The position numbers were made by a program, and so were the translations under genes. A stretch of 64,000 bases of DNA from assembly GCA_951406725.2 (NCBI GenBank), contig OX597814.1, positions 101,060,001 through 101,124,000 on the forward strand. The letters run 5' to 3'. Positions 28,561 through 45,403 of this stretch are shown here, piece after piece. The DNA is from Octopus vulgaris (taxonomy: Eukaryota). Position 1 is the first letter of the stretch; the number at the start of each line of letters is the position of its first letter. The notes under the pieces are model-generated. The model did no database searches. It worked only from the letters and a program-made list of their open reading frames with translations, and had not been told where the DNA came from.

Positions 28561-29336
28561 ATCATAAGCAGTTGTCCGAAAATGTCATCACGGTATTATC
28601 TACCAACGAGACATAATCTTGTAGCTAGGACATTTTATAATGAAATCCGACGGAAGGATAAAGAAATAAGAACCAACACCCATAATAAAAAGCAGTTCCA
28701 GTTGAATGTCCCAGTGAAGACCTCAATAAAATGTAAGCACAACAGACCTGGTATAATGATTTGGGATAGAGAAAAGAAACTGTGCACACTTGTGGAAATC
28801 ATCTGCCCAGCGGATGTTAACATAAAGCTGAAGATCAGTGAAAAAGAGAATATCTACACTGAACTATTGAAAAATCTGTAGTTACTCTATCCAGATTACA
28901 AGTTCAGGTTTATACATGTAATCATTGGGGCCCTGGGATATGTAACACTCTGCTTAAATACTACTCTTGAGAAATTAGGCTTCTCAAAACCAGAAAGGAG
29001 AAAGCTAATTCGAAGATTACAGATTCAATCCATCACTGAAACTGCAAAACTTTGTAAAACTTTCCAGAAGGTTATTTAAATATATATGAGCATGTCTAAC
29101 TATATGCATGAGAATGCGTACATTAAGCAAAACATACAAATCTGCACATATACATACATACATACATACATACATACATACATACATACATACATACATA
29201 CATACATACATACATACATACATACAAAAATACCCTGTTGTTGTTGAAATTCCAAGGAAGGAGCCTTGGATCTCGGTTAGAAAACGCCTCTATCTTTCTC
29301 TATTGGCAAGAAATCTTGAAATAAAACTGAACAAGG
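28561..29336 (+). mobile_element. RLE-type non-LTR retrotransposon 3' fragment bounded by (ACAT)n
   Basis: IISSCPKMSSRYYLPTRHN...HNRPGIMIWDREKKLCTLVEIICP...KENIY...VIIGALGYV, with one in-frame stop at 28879-28881. ACAT repeats lie at about 28551-28562 and from 29337. Confidence 0.85.
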
Positions 29337-29582
29337 ACATACATACATATATACATACAGTCATACATACTTATATGCATGGAACAGAAAATTAAGGTAT
29401 ATAATAGCTGTCAGCTGCCTGTGTTGGGAACGCTTTTGCTCACATCAACGTGAGAAAATAATGGAGTAGTACCTAAATTTATACAGTTTCGCTATCCCGA
29501 TTTTAGATTTATCGGTGCACTCATAACCATGACACAATGTTTTCTGTTAAGTAACTAAATGGTAATATTCTTTTTACTATTA

Positions 29583-29783
29583 GCACAAGGCCTAAACTTC
29601 TGGGGGAGAGAGCTAGTCGATTACAACGACTCCAGTGCTCAATTGATATTTACTTCATCGATCCACAAATGTTGAAAGACGAAGTCGACTTTCAATGAAT
29701 TTGAACTCAGAACGTAAAAACGAACGAAATGTGGTGAAGCATATTTTCTGGAGTGCTGGTAATTCTGGCAGCTCACTGCCTTA
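29583..29783 (-). mobile_element. Old SINE family A-related copy
   Basis: GAAGTCGAC...AATTTGAACTCAGAACG...CAGCTCACTGCCTT. Confidence 0.7.
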
Positions 29784-29953
29784 GTCTAATCAGTAATATT
29801 GCAAAGCTTGATTTAAAAGCAACGAAAGTGACCAGGTAACATGCACATGACGAATAAAATCTTCAAAATTACATGCGAAACCTCAGTGAAAATTTTGAAG
29901 ACTTTAAGAAGATAGCGTAAGTAAAAACATATACTAAATACTTACAAATACGC

Positions 29954-30019
<66 letters not shown>

Positions 30020-30377
30020 CGTGTATTAAACATTGACGACTATTTTGTAGCAATGTTTCTTTTTATTCCTTCTTGCTTTCCTTCTTTCTTATACTGTCTA
30101 TAAATTTATCTCTGTTTCGTAGCTTAATTATGGTAAAAAATTCAAGAAAATCTCGAGCGATTCAGATACAAGTAAGAAAGGAAAAGAAAAAAACCAATGG
30201 TGAGACTAAAAGAAATTACAGTTAACTAACAATTTAGTATGTATAATTCATGTTTTCTTGTTGGCATGTATGCATGTGTACATAGAAGCATGGTATATTT
30301 TAATGCGAACATTTACACATTCGTATTCACGTACCTTTTTGCGCATAAATATTCACACTCACTCGCACTCTGCCTGC

Positions 30378-30437
<60 letters not shown>

Positions 30438-31167
30438 CAAACACACACACAAACACACCAGACACTCACACATATACACATATCCATATATATATATATA
30501 TAAGGTGGTGCATTTGTGTAAGAGAAGGATGAAAGGGGAATAGAACAGTGTAAGTGATTGTGTGTGTTTGTGTGTGCGTGTGCGCATGTAATTGTATATC
30601 TTTGTACGGACATGCGCATGTATGTGTGCAAGTGGTTATTTTTTTTAATTGATCACTGTGGTTGGGATTTTGTGAAAGTAGGTCTTAACGTACAAATACT
30701 ATGAACTCAATTCCTAAGAGTCCTCGTAGGTGTGATACGAACATAGGAATTTCCTTCGCATACGCAAGCTCCACACGGGTAATGAATGAAGCATTTGCTT
30801 TCGTATGATTGATGACTGCGGTTCACAAATCGCGCCATCCGTCGCCTAAGTATTTTTGCCGCTATAGATTTTGGTTAAGCGTTAATTGCATAAGGCATTG
30901 TTTAAATATTGCTTCATGCAAATAATTTTGCTTTCTTTAGAAACGATTTTTGTAGTCCTTATTCAGCAGACCTTGGAATCAAACATTACAAATCTTTGTC
31001 TGTAGGGTTGATTCTATTGTACGGATTCGACCATTTTGAGAAGCACTTCAACTTCTTAAAATAAAATCTTTATCTTTCAGGATATAAGTACCTCGTGATT
31101 GCTTTTCTTATTTATTTTTTGTATCGTTTTTGTGACAGATGTCGATTTTCCTTCAAATAAATATATG

Positions 31168-31310
31168 CATTATTTACATTTGACGGATAATTGCCCTCAT
31201 CTTGTTTCTTGTTAATACAACGTTTCGGCTGACATACCCTCCAGCTTTCATCAGGTGTCCTGGGGGAAATTTCGAACCTCGGTTCTCATTCCTAAGGTAT
31301 TTTTCAATGT

Positions 31311-31375
<65 letters not shown>

Positions 31376-31555
31376 CAACAACAACAACATCGAAAAATAC
31401 CTTAGGAATGAGAACCCAGGTTCGAAACTTCCCCAAGACACCTGTTGAAGGTTGGAGGGCATATCAGCCGAAGCATTCACTTAACAAAAAATAAGAAGAG
31501 GATAAATATCCGTCAAATGTAAATAATGTAAATAATGTACATAATTCTTCATCTC
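31168..31555. mobile_element. Palindromic element: two inverted hammerhead-bearing arms around (AAT)n(AAC)n
   Basis: Arms at about 31168-31311 and 31385-31528 are reverse complements. The hammerhead at 31214-31259 (-) has an intact core; the one at about 31437-31480 (+) is decayed. Confidence 0.85.
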
Positions 31556-31736
31556 CAATGAGATATTAACCAATCCCTTAACTGCTGTGATATTTGCAAA
31601 AGTCTTTTTACCACCGATAACTCCGTTTTTGTAAGATTTTTCGTGGTTGTTTCTTTCACTGTAGTGAGGAAGACTTTACTCCTTTCTCTCGCCTTCTTTC
31701 TGCTTTTCATCTTCTTTCTGCTTTTCTTGACTCTTC

Positions 31737-31767
<31 letters not shown>

Positions 31768-32146
31768 CTTCTTCTTCTTCTTCTTCTTCTTCTTCTTCTT
31801 CTTCTTCTTCTTCTTCTTCTTCCTGTTGTCTACTACCAATCATGGTGGGGAGGACAGAGAAGTCTTCATGCAATTTGCCGTACCACCTTCCTTCCTCACA
31901 CCCACTTTTCGTCACCATCGATGTTTACTTTCTTCGAAACAAATTTTCGAAGAAACTTGAAAACAAAAAGGTTTGTGTCACAACCCCCCACCCAAGTGGT
32001 GGGTTGGTTAACAGACGTCAGCCCCCACCTCTTTAAGGGTAGTTGGCTTGCAAAACGATTTAAACAAAATACAGTATAGATCTTTTTATACAAGTAAATT
32101 ACTCATAAACTTACAGCGCTCCAAAAACACACCTCCAGTTATGGCG

Positions 32147-32240
<94 letters not shown>
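32147..32240. repeat. (AAT)n at the 5' junction of copy 4
   Basis: Direct reading. Confidence 0.95.
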
Positions 32241-36035
<3,795 letters not shown>

Positions 36036-36040
36036 AAGAA

Positions 36041-36408
36041 GGCGGCGAGCTGGCTGAAGCGTTAGCACGCCGGGCGAAATGCTTAGTGGTATTGCGTCAG
36101 CCGTTACCTTCTGAGTTCAAATTCCGCTGGGGTCGACTTTGCCTTTCATTCTTTCGGAGTCGATTAAATAAGTACCAGTTAACGCACTGGGTTCGATATA
36201 ATCGACTTAATCCGTCTGTCTGTCCTTGTTTGTCTCCACTGTGTTTAACCCCTTGTGAATAGTAAAGAAATAGGTATTTCGTCTGTCTTTACGTTCTGAT
36301 TTCAAATTTTGGATTCGATAAATTAAGTACCAGTTGCGTACTGAGGTAGATCTAATCGACTGGTCCCCTCCCCAAGCATTTTAGGCCTTGTGCCTAGAGT
36401 AGGAAAAG
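36041..36408 (+). mobile_element. SINE family A with partial second internal unit and 14-bp TSD
   Basis: tRNA-like head with B-box-like GAGTTCAAATTCC. TSD AATAATGAGAAGAA at 36027-36040 and 36409-36422. Confidence 0.88.
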
Positions 36409-36965
36409 AATAATGAGAAGAATCGGTGACGCATGAAACGCTGTGATTGTCATTACCAATATTTTTATTAGCTGCAAACGCAGCAGCAGGGGCCGAAGTA
36501 CAGTTGACAGCAGCAGCACCGCCACCACCACCAGTAGTAATACTCGCAGTGGTAGTAGTAGTAGTAGTAGTAGTCTCTACTTCTTTTGTTGTTACTTTCG
36601 CAACAAATTTCCTGCCTCAGTATTTTGTACTACTTTAACCCTCGTCACTATTTCATGGCGTTCAAGCTGTTACGATTCTTTATTCTTTATCGTTTCATTT
36701 ATAATAAACTACTAAATTAAGCGCGTCATCTTCCTACTTGTGACGGTTGGGTGTGAGTGAAGGAAAGTTGGTTTCTATTTCTAAGAACATGTTACTGCTG
36801 TTGTTGATGGCATGATATTGGCGTTTCTGATTTTCTGTTGCGGTCAACTTTTTGAGTAAGATTTCATGAATCATGTAACAATTTAGATTGATTATATTAT
36901 TATTAACATAGGAAAATCTCAATTGCTAACCTAAAAATCACCTTTCTTCCGACTAATCTCCACAC

Positions 36966-37053
<88 letters not shown>

Positions 37054-38404
37054 TTGGCCGAGGTTACCGTGGTCTTTTCCGTAGGTTTTTCTTTCCACGG
37101 ATAAACCTTATCTGTTTCCCCCTTTACACTTTACACCATGACATTTCTGTGATCGTCTTTTTTTTCTATGATCCCTTTCGATCGGAAACCTACCCCCCTT
37201 GTCTGTCTGTCTACTTACCTATCAGTCGATCTCTTATTATCATTGATCTACACCCCTTTCTGTTCTTATTTCTGACTAACTACTTTTATATCCACCTATC
37301 CCAGTGTCACTCTACCTATCTACACTACATGCACATGTACATAACGATGTATCTTTCTCTCTTTCTCTCTCTCTCTCTTTCTGTCTGTCTGTCTGTCTCG
37401 CTCTCTCTTTCTGTCTGTCTGCCTCTGTCTCTGTCTCTGTCTGTCTGTCTGTCTCTCTCTCCCTCCCCCTACCTCTGTCGACATGTTTAAAGATACTGCG
37501 GTGTAGATATAGATATATGTAGATAGACAGCTATTTACCGCTATCTTTTGTTTGTGTCTGTCTATACTTTCTTTCTATATACGTATGTGTGTGTGTGTCT
37601 TTAAACAAATCAGTCCTTGTTGTGTGCGTTGTTTTGTGCACGTGTATGCCCATGTGCATACGTGTGCGTGAATACCAAATTAGTCTATAAATCTTCTGTC
37701 CCATCACCTCTAATTTATATAACTCTCTCTTTTTCGTTTACTTTCTCTTTTCTTTTGTCGTCCGACATCTTTTTTTTTTGTTTTCGTTTTTATTTCTACA
37801 TCACATTTTGAAAAATACACGAAATTGCATGGTTATCGTAAACAGAAGATTTAGATTCCCAATAATTAGCCAGACTCACGTTTCAGATCAAGCAACAATT
37901 AAACTAAAACATGTTTTCTTCTTAACAGGACACATCATTACAGAATCCTTGGAAACATTTTAAGGCATTCGCAACTATTTTTACATTTCTTACACCAAAC
38001 ATGCTTTGTCTTGTGATTGCTTAATGTCTTCGGTGGAAATGCCGTTCTTTTACGCATCGGTGACTGCTAAATTGTAATGCTTTGTACGTGATCAGAGGGA
38101 AACAATGGAAACATATCCCCATACTAACTCGCTAAAAATAAATGGAATTTATTATATGATATTGAAACAATTACAAGCACGGACAGAAAATAATATGTGA
38201 TGTTGTGAAGACTAGATCAGAATTCTAGACACGGAAACATTAGGGAAAACTTTCGAATTTTCTATTTACTAATTTTATTTATTTATTTAATACATAATTC
38301 TATTTCTTTTCTTTCTATTTGTAAATATTGACGTAAATATGGCTTTATAGATAGAAAACCGATGAGACAATTTTATGTATAACACTTGTGTGTATTTATG
38401 TGTT

Positions 38405-38922
38405 TTGACCCCAGTGCGTAACTGGTACTTATTTAATCGACCCCGAAAGGATGAAAGGCAAAGTTGACCTCGGCGGAATTTGAACTCAGAACGTAGCGGT
38501 AGACGAAATACCTATTTCTTTACTACCCACAAGGAGCTAAATACAGAAAGGACAATCAAGGACTGGCAGACGGATTAAGTCGATTACATCGACCCCAGTG
38601 CGTAACTGGTACTTAATTTATCGACCTCGAAAGGATGAAAGGCAAAGTCGACCTCTGCGGAATTTGAACTCAGAACGTAACGGCAGATGAAATACTGCTA
38701 AGCATAACAATAATAGTAATACTAATTCTTTCTGGTAAAGACCTGAAATTTTAGGAAAGGAAATTAGTTACTTACATTCAACTTAGTGCTCAACTTTGTT
38801 TTATCGAACCCTAAACAAAGGAAGGCGAAGTTGGCCCCGGCGAAATTTGAACTCAGTACCAGAAGAAATACTGCTAATCATTTCGTCCGGTGCGATGACG
38901 ACTCTGTCAGCTCGCAACCTTA
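38405..38922 (-). mobile_element. SINE family A dimeric fragment (38405-38705) plus an older related copy (about 38730-38922)
   Basis: Repeated GAAAGGATGAAAGGCAAAGTCGACCTC...GAATTTGAACTCAG. Confidence 0.8.
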
Positions 38923-39328
38923 ATGATATCTAGGACAAAAATCCTTGGTAATTTTCCCAAATGGAGAAAAAATAGAAATTTGCATAATTGACTAAAAGAC
39001 CTGCCTTACTACAAGTAGCTATGTCTTACAATTGCGCATTAAAATATTTTGTGTTTTTCCTTCTTACATTTTTCTCTTTACATCCTTATGTACGACCATT
39101 TGTTTCTTAAATGCAATTTATTCTTCAGTTCATTGTTCGTCTTTTAAATTATTTTTTTAAACGATTTCAGTTCGCTTATGTTTTCATTGTTAAAGCATTT
39201 TCTATAAAGCTTCGACCTCGTAAAAGACAAATTTATTGCATTCCTAATAGACATGTCGGAAAATCAAATGAAAAATCAATGTAGAATGCTTCATCTCTTG
39301 GAGATTGTTTCTCAGATCGCAGAACTTT

Positions 39329-39382
<54 letters not shown>

Positions 39383-39408
39383 GGCGCACTTAAATAGATA
39401 GGTAGAAT

Positions 39409-39593
<185 letters not shown>

Positions 39594-39855
39594 TCAGAAC
39601 TGAGTGTTGGCCGAAAGCCTGATTGTGCTGAAGCTACATTTATTCGAAGAGAAACAAGAAACTATACGTCAGGGGGGTTACTTCATGAACCGCTCCACCG
39701 ATTTATCGAAAGGCGATTGTTTCCGTTTCGATTCCTGGCTGTAATTCAAATTGTTGAAACGTCTTCCCCAACCCGTTTATGTTTCAATTACAAATTCCCA
39801 CTTAACTGTTAGTATTTTTGCCGCAAAGTATGTAATACACTTATGCATATCTCAT

Positions 39856-39912
<57 letters not shown>

Positions 39913-39915
<3 letters not shown>

Positions 39916-40172
39916 CGAGGTATAGACAGTAACTGCACGACAATGTGAGGTATATTTACCATCTCAATATGGCTAACCACTAAGGATGGATATTACTGTA
40001 GCTTGTAGCCCCAGGAGAACATCTCTCCCAGCTGGCTATAGGCACACTTTCTGTGACCTATCGGTATTTGCAAAGGGAGGTCATCCTTCCCTCGTCAACC
40101 CAAGTGATACGCACGGACTGCAGTTTCTGGGTATTGACCCGTCATCAGCGCACGACAATCACCGGTTTTCGA
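39913..40172 (-). mobile_element. About 260-bp hammerhead-bearing repeat in (TA)n, copy 1
   Basis: Reverse-complement homolog of 49600-49865, with (TA)n on both sides. Confidence 0.8.
40110..40154 (-). ncRNA. Minimal type I hammerhead ribozyme
   Basis: CGTGCG-CTGATGA-C-GGGT-CAAT-ACCC-A-GAAAC-TGCA-GTC-CGTGCG. Stem I has 6 bp (2 G.U), stem III is the palindrome ACTGCAGT, and the triplet is GUC. Confidence 0.8.
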
Positions 40173-41096
40173 GATATATATATATATATATATACAGATG
40201 TATACACACACACATATATGCGCACGAACACACACGTACATACACGCGCATGTATGTCTATGTAATGTAGGTAACATGTCTGTGTGTGTGTGTTTGTATA
40301 TGCGTGCATATATGTGTATGTATCTTTATATATACATATGTGTATATATTGAAGGCAATGACCAAAGGCAAAAGATACGACAACACATGCGGAAAAGGTT
40401 TAACAAATATTGTATGAGTTCAAATCTTACAAAAGGAAGGGAAATGACTTAAATTTTCGGATGCTAGTCCTTCGTCATAATTATTCTCAGGAATTATAAA
40501 TGGTAACTAAGGGAGGAGTGTGAAAGAGAAAAAGTGATTAAGAAAGAAAAAAGCAAAAGGAAAAATGTTAGGATTAGAGGGGAGTATGGTTCTATTGGGG
40601 TGGGGTGCAGAAAGGGATAAAAGGGTTGGGTGTATGTGCGAATGTGTAGGAGTATATCCTCATTTTGATATTCTCATAGGGTGTTACTGTATGTCTCATT
40701 CCGTAACTTATTTGCATATGTGTTTTGTAGAGGTATGCAAGTACGCTATTGGTGTGGGTTAGTGAAGGTTTGGAATTTGTAAGTAATCGTTAGGTGTGTG
40801 AGGAATGGTCGGGGACAGTGCAAATGCGAAATAAAGAAGAAAGAATGTATGTGATAGAAATGTATTAAAGCGTATGCGGAATACTGTGCTGTAATTTGGA
40901 AGAAAGTTACGAATAAGAGAAGATGTAGAAAGTAAAATACAACATTTTTACCAAAAAGTATTAGTTCTGTGAAGGAAGAAAATTTGTGAGACTCACGAAA
41001 GGGCAAGAAAAATGCGATGAAGGTGAACGCAGAGCGTATAAACTGTGGGAAGTAAGAACAAAGAAAGAAAGAAAGAAAGAAAGAATGAAAGAATGA

Positions 41097-41128
<32 letters not shown>

Positions 41129-41140
41129 ATGAAAGAATGA

Positions 41141-41192
<52 letters not shown>

Positions 41193-41755
41193 GAAAAGTG
41201 AGCAAATGAGATCAAGAAGTGAACAAGTGAGTTCAAAAAGTGAAGAGAAATGAAAGAAAAACAGTTGGAAAATTGGGAAAATAGGAGAGAAATTAGTAAA
41301 ATATTAGAGAAAAATAATTAGAATGACATATTGATAAAAAATAAAGGAAAGTCCAGTGAGGTACGACGCAACTAGTGCAACGTCCGTGGAGACTGAAATG
41401 TCCATGTTAAAGGAAGGACCTGTTAAACGAAAATTAGTGGTACACTTAGAAAGGCAAACAATAGATGTGTAAGCACATGTCGGAGTTTCGGAGTTTAAGG
41501 CGTTTATAACGAAGAAAGCATAAAGAGAAAATCATGAGAATATAAAAATGTTAAAATACTAAAACTCACAATGGAGAAAATTGTGAAAATCAGCTGAAGA
41601 GAATTTTGTCAAAAGGCGTGGTTGGAAGAGTTGATGCAATTATATGGTAGAAAAAACTTAGCGAAAAGAAAGAGAATATCTGAGATAGAAGAGTGACGAG
41701 GAAGGGAGGTAAGAGATGGAAACTAAGCTAAAGAGGTGGGCGTGCATGTACATGC

Positions 41756-41794
<39 letters not shown>

Positions 41795-41830
41795 TCTATG
41801 TGTGTGTGTATGTGTGTGTATGTGTGTGTA

Positions 41831-41862
<32 letters not shown>

Positions 41863-41885
41863 TGTGTATGTGTGTGTATGTGTGT

Positions 41886-41924
<39 letters not shown>

Positions 41925-43093
41925 TGTGTGTGAATGTGTATGTGTGTGTAAGCGAGTTAAAGAGTCCTTGTCATGGACGATGTGAAGCAGAATTGTCAAG
42001 TAAAATGGATTTCAAGGGAGAAAGAAAATCTTTGAGTGAGGAAACGTGCAATTGCGAGTGTGCGTATGTGTGCAGGTAGACAAAATGGTATTTGAAAGCG
42101 CTGCTGGGTATATGCGTAAGTGTTAGAATACAAGACAGTTGGTGACTGGTGTTATGTGCATGTATGTGCGTGTGTGCCTGCATGCACGTATGTGTAGGTA
42201 TACGAAGATATGCGTCGGTATGCGCGTGTTAAAGTAACGATGTATGTGAGTGTGTGTGAATATGCCGCTGGTTATAGGATTATGAAGGGTTTGAGATGAC
42301 AGAAGAGATGTGATATATGTATATGTGTGCAAGTGAAATGTGCAGGGGTTGGTAGGAAAGAGCCTGTTTATGTGGAAACAATGTTAGTGTAGTGGGTATG
42401 TGGATCGATGTGAAAGAAGAAACTCCTTTCCAGGAGACTAAATGATCGGTGAGTGATGATGTGTTTGTGTGAATATGTGTGAAGTGTGTGTATGCGTTTG
42501 TGCTTGTGTGTAGGTTGGTAGGTATATGAGTGCGGAGAGTGGATATGTGAGTGTATGTCTCTATTATCATAACAGTGTGTCTATGTGCATGTGTGTATGT
42601 GCATTCATGAACGTGCTTGTGAATACGGGTATGTGAAAGAGATGAGAAAAAAGATAAGTGTATCTGTATATGGAAAAGAGAGTCGTGTGAGGGTGTTAGG
42701 AAGAAGTGTAGCTTAAGATTTTTGTATGGAAACACGTCCTCAACTGATGAAGACAGATCCTATGCAATCCAAACATTTGGAAAGGATTCCAGAGTAGATA
42801 AACACCCCAAACACCACTCGACTGCTGTTCATAGCTGAGCATAGGAAACCAAGATGCTACAAATGTGGAAGTACCATTAAAGTTAAGTTGCATATTTGCT
42901 AATAACAGAAGTTAAGATATGGAACGCCTGTACTGACACCAATCACGTTATCAGAATCAATAACGACATCAGGAAAAGCAACAGCATAAACAGCAATGAG
43001 AACAGCGTTAACAGCAACATCAGCAGAAAGAACAGCAGCAGCAACAATAACTGAATCTATCTAAAAATCACAAAAACAATACCGACTAACACC

Positions 43094-43878
43094 TATTTCT
43101 TTACTATCCACAAAGGGCTAAACACAGAGAGGACAAACAAGGACAGACAAACGGATTAAGTCGATTATATCGATCCCAGTGCGTAACTGGTACTTATTTA
43201 ATCGACCCCGAAAGGATGAAAGGCAAAGTCGACCTCGGCGGAATTTGAACTCAGAAGGTAACGGCAGACGAAATACCTATTTCTTTATTACCTACAAGGG
43301 GCTAAACACAGAGGGGACAAACAAGGACAGACAAACGGATTAAGTCGATTATATCGATCCCAGTGCGTAACTGGTACTTATTTAATCGACTCCGAAAGGA
43401 TGAAAGGCAAAGTCGACCTGGGCGGAATTTGAACTTAGAAGGTAACGGCAGACGAAATACCTATTTCTTTATTACCCACAAGGGGCTAAATACAGAGGGG
43501 ACAAACAAGGACAGAAAAACGGATTAAGTCGATTATATCGATCCCAGTGCGTAACTGGTACTTATTTAATCGACTCCGAAAGGATGAAAGGCAAAGTCGA
43601 CCTCGGCGGAATTTGAACTCAGAAGGTAACGGCAGACGAAATACCTATTTCTTTATTACCCACAAGGGGCTAAACACAGAGGGGACAAACAAGGACAGAA
43701 AAACGGATTAAGTCGATTATATCGATCCCAGTGCGTAACTGGTACTTATTTAATCGACTCCGAAAGGATGAAAGGCAAAGTCGACCTCGGCGGAATTTGA
43801 ACTCAGAAGGTAACGGCAGACGAAATACCGCTAAGCATTTCGCCCGACGTGCAAACGTTTCTGCCAGCTCACCGCCTT
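43094..43878 (-). mobile_element. SINE family A with one head and four tandem 184-bp body units; 16-bp TSD
   Basis: Units start at 43091, 43275, 43459 and 43643. TSD AATACCGACTAACACC at 43078-43093 and 43879-43894. Confidence 0.92.
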
Positions 43879-44269
43879 AATACCGACTAACACCACGGAC
43901 CAGAAGAATAATTTCACCAGCAAAAAGAGAAACGCCCTCACGCATATATCCACGAAAGTTAGGTCAAAGACATTCCTGAACTTACATCTGCATACGTATC
44001 TCGTCATATTTTTGTAAGATTCTCCGAATCAGTGACTTAGTCATGTGACATAGTTGAGACTAACCTGATCAAAGACGTCATAATTTTTGAGAAGATGGAA
44101 TTAGAAACAAATATATCCGCCAGACTGTTTTGCTTTCCTGGGACAGTTTCCTCACCTGTACCCATCAGGACGATAGTACACAACTGCGGCCATTGACAGA
44201 AAAAAAAACAAAACCGAAATGATGTGGAAAGATGATAAAATTAGCTGCGACAGTTGATGGTAAATTCGT

Positions 44270-44449
44270 GCATGAGGAGTAATTTCGGGGAAAGGCAAAT
44301 CGATTACAACGACCCGGGGATTCAACCGGTACTTTATTGTATCGACTAAGCAAAGGCAAAATTCGACCCGGGCGGCATTTGAATTCTAAACGTAACGGCG
44401 AAAGAAATACCGCTAAGCAGTTTTGACCGGCACGGTAACAATTCCACCA
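44270..44449 (-). mobile_element. Old SINE family A-related copy
   Basis: AAAGGCAAAATTCGACCCGGGCGGCATTTGAA...AAATACCGCTAAGCA. Confidence 0.65.
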
Positions 44450-44899
44450 GCAAGACTCCTTAATTGGAGACTTAATGATACAGCCATAAAGCAACGGGGT
44501 TTTTTAAGTACAAAAATATAGACCTAATAAAATTGAAAAAAAAAATAGAAAGATAGAAAGATAGAAAAATAGAAAAATAGAAAGATAGAGTGGCTGTGTG
44601 GTAAGTAGCTTGCTCACCAGCCACATGGTTCCGGGTTCAGTCCCACTGCGTGGCATCTTGGGCAAGTGTCTTCTGCAAGACTCCTTAATTGGAGACTTAA
44701 TGATACAGCCATAAAGCAACGGGGTTTTTTAAGTACAAAAATATAGACCTAATAAAATTGAAAAAAAAAATAGAAAGATAGAAAGATAGAAAAATAGAAA
44801 AATAGAAAGATAGAGTGGCTGTGTGGTAAGTAGCTTGCTCACCAGCCACATGGTTCCGGGTTCAGTCCCACTGCGTGGCATCTTGGGCAAGTGTCTTCT
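44450..44899. repeat. 225-bp direct tandem duplication including a SINE B head
   Basis: GCAAGACTCCTTAATTGGAG at 44450 and 44675; the copies look identical. Confidence 0.9.
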
Positions 44900-44972
44900 G
44901 CTATAGCCCCGGGCCGACCAATGCCTTGTGAGTGGATTTGGTAGACGGAAACTGAAAGAAGCCTGTCGTATG

Positions 44973-45038
<66 letters not shown>

Positions 45039-45240
45039 TTTGTATGTTTGTGATTGTCCCCCTAGCATTGCTTGACAACCGATGCTGGTGTGTTTACGTC
45101 CCCGTCACTTAGCGGTTCGGCAAAAAAGACCGATAGAATAAGTACTGGGCTTACAAAGAATAAGTCCCGGGGTCGATTTGCTCGACCAAAGGCGGTGCTC
45201 TAGCATGGCCGCAGTCAAATGACTGAAACAAGTAAAAGAA
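44813..45240 (+). mobile_element. SINE family B, full length with internal (TA)n(TG)n
   Basis: A-box-like TGGCTGTGTGG, B-box-like GGTTCAGTCCC, and tail ...GACTGAAACAAGTAAAAGA. Confidence 0.88.
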
Positions 45241-45403
45241 AAAAAGAAAGAATTTTAAAAAAGTATATAAAACAGAGCTGAACTCAATATTGTGGTCCAG
45301 TTTTATTCCTTTGTAGTGAATTTATATTAACTAGTCGAGTGAAATATCAGTTTAGTACGAGGAAACATCCTTTCAGATTGAAACCTATTATAAACGTTTA
45401 AGG

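Noticed and set aside
31560-32146. 5' part of the adjacent Dong/R4 element
   Set aside because: It is separated from the element by (AAT)n and has no RT N-terminal motifs; its origin is unidentified.
40442-40482. Possible minus-strand hammerhead (ATGACGA-AGGA..TCC-GAAAATTTAAGTC)
   Set aside because: It has several core and stem III defects and is too degenerate to call.
43091-43826. CRISPR-like regular repeat
   Set aside because: The units are 184-bp near-identical SINE bodies with no unique spacers and no cas genes, in a eukaryotic context.
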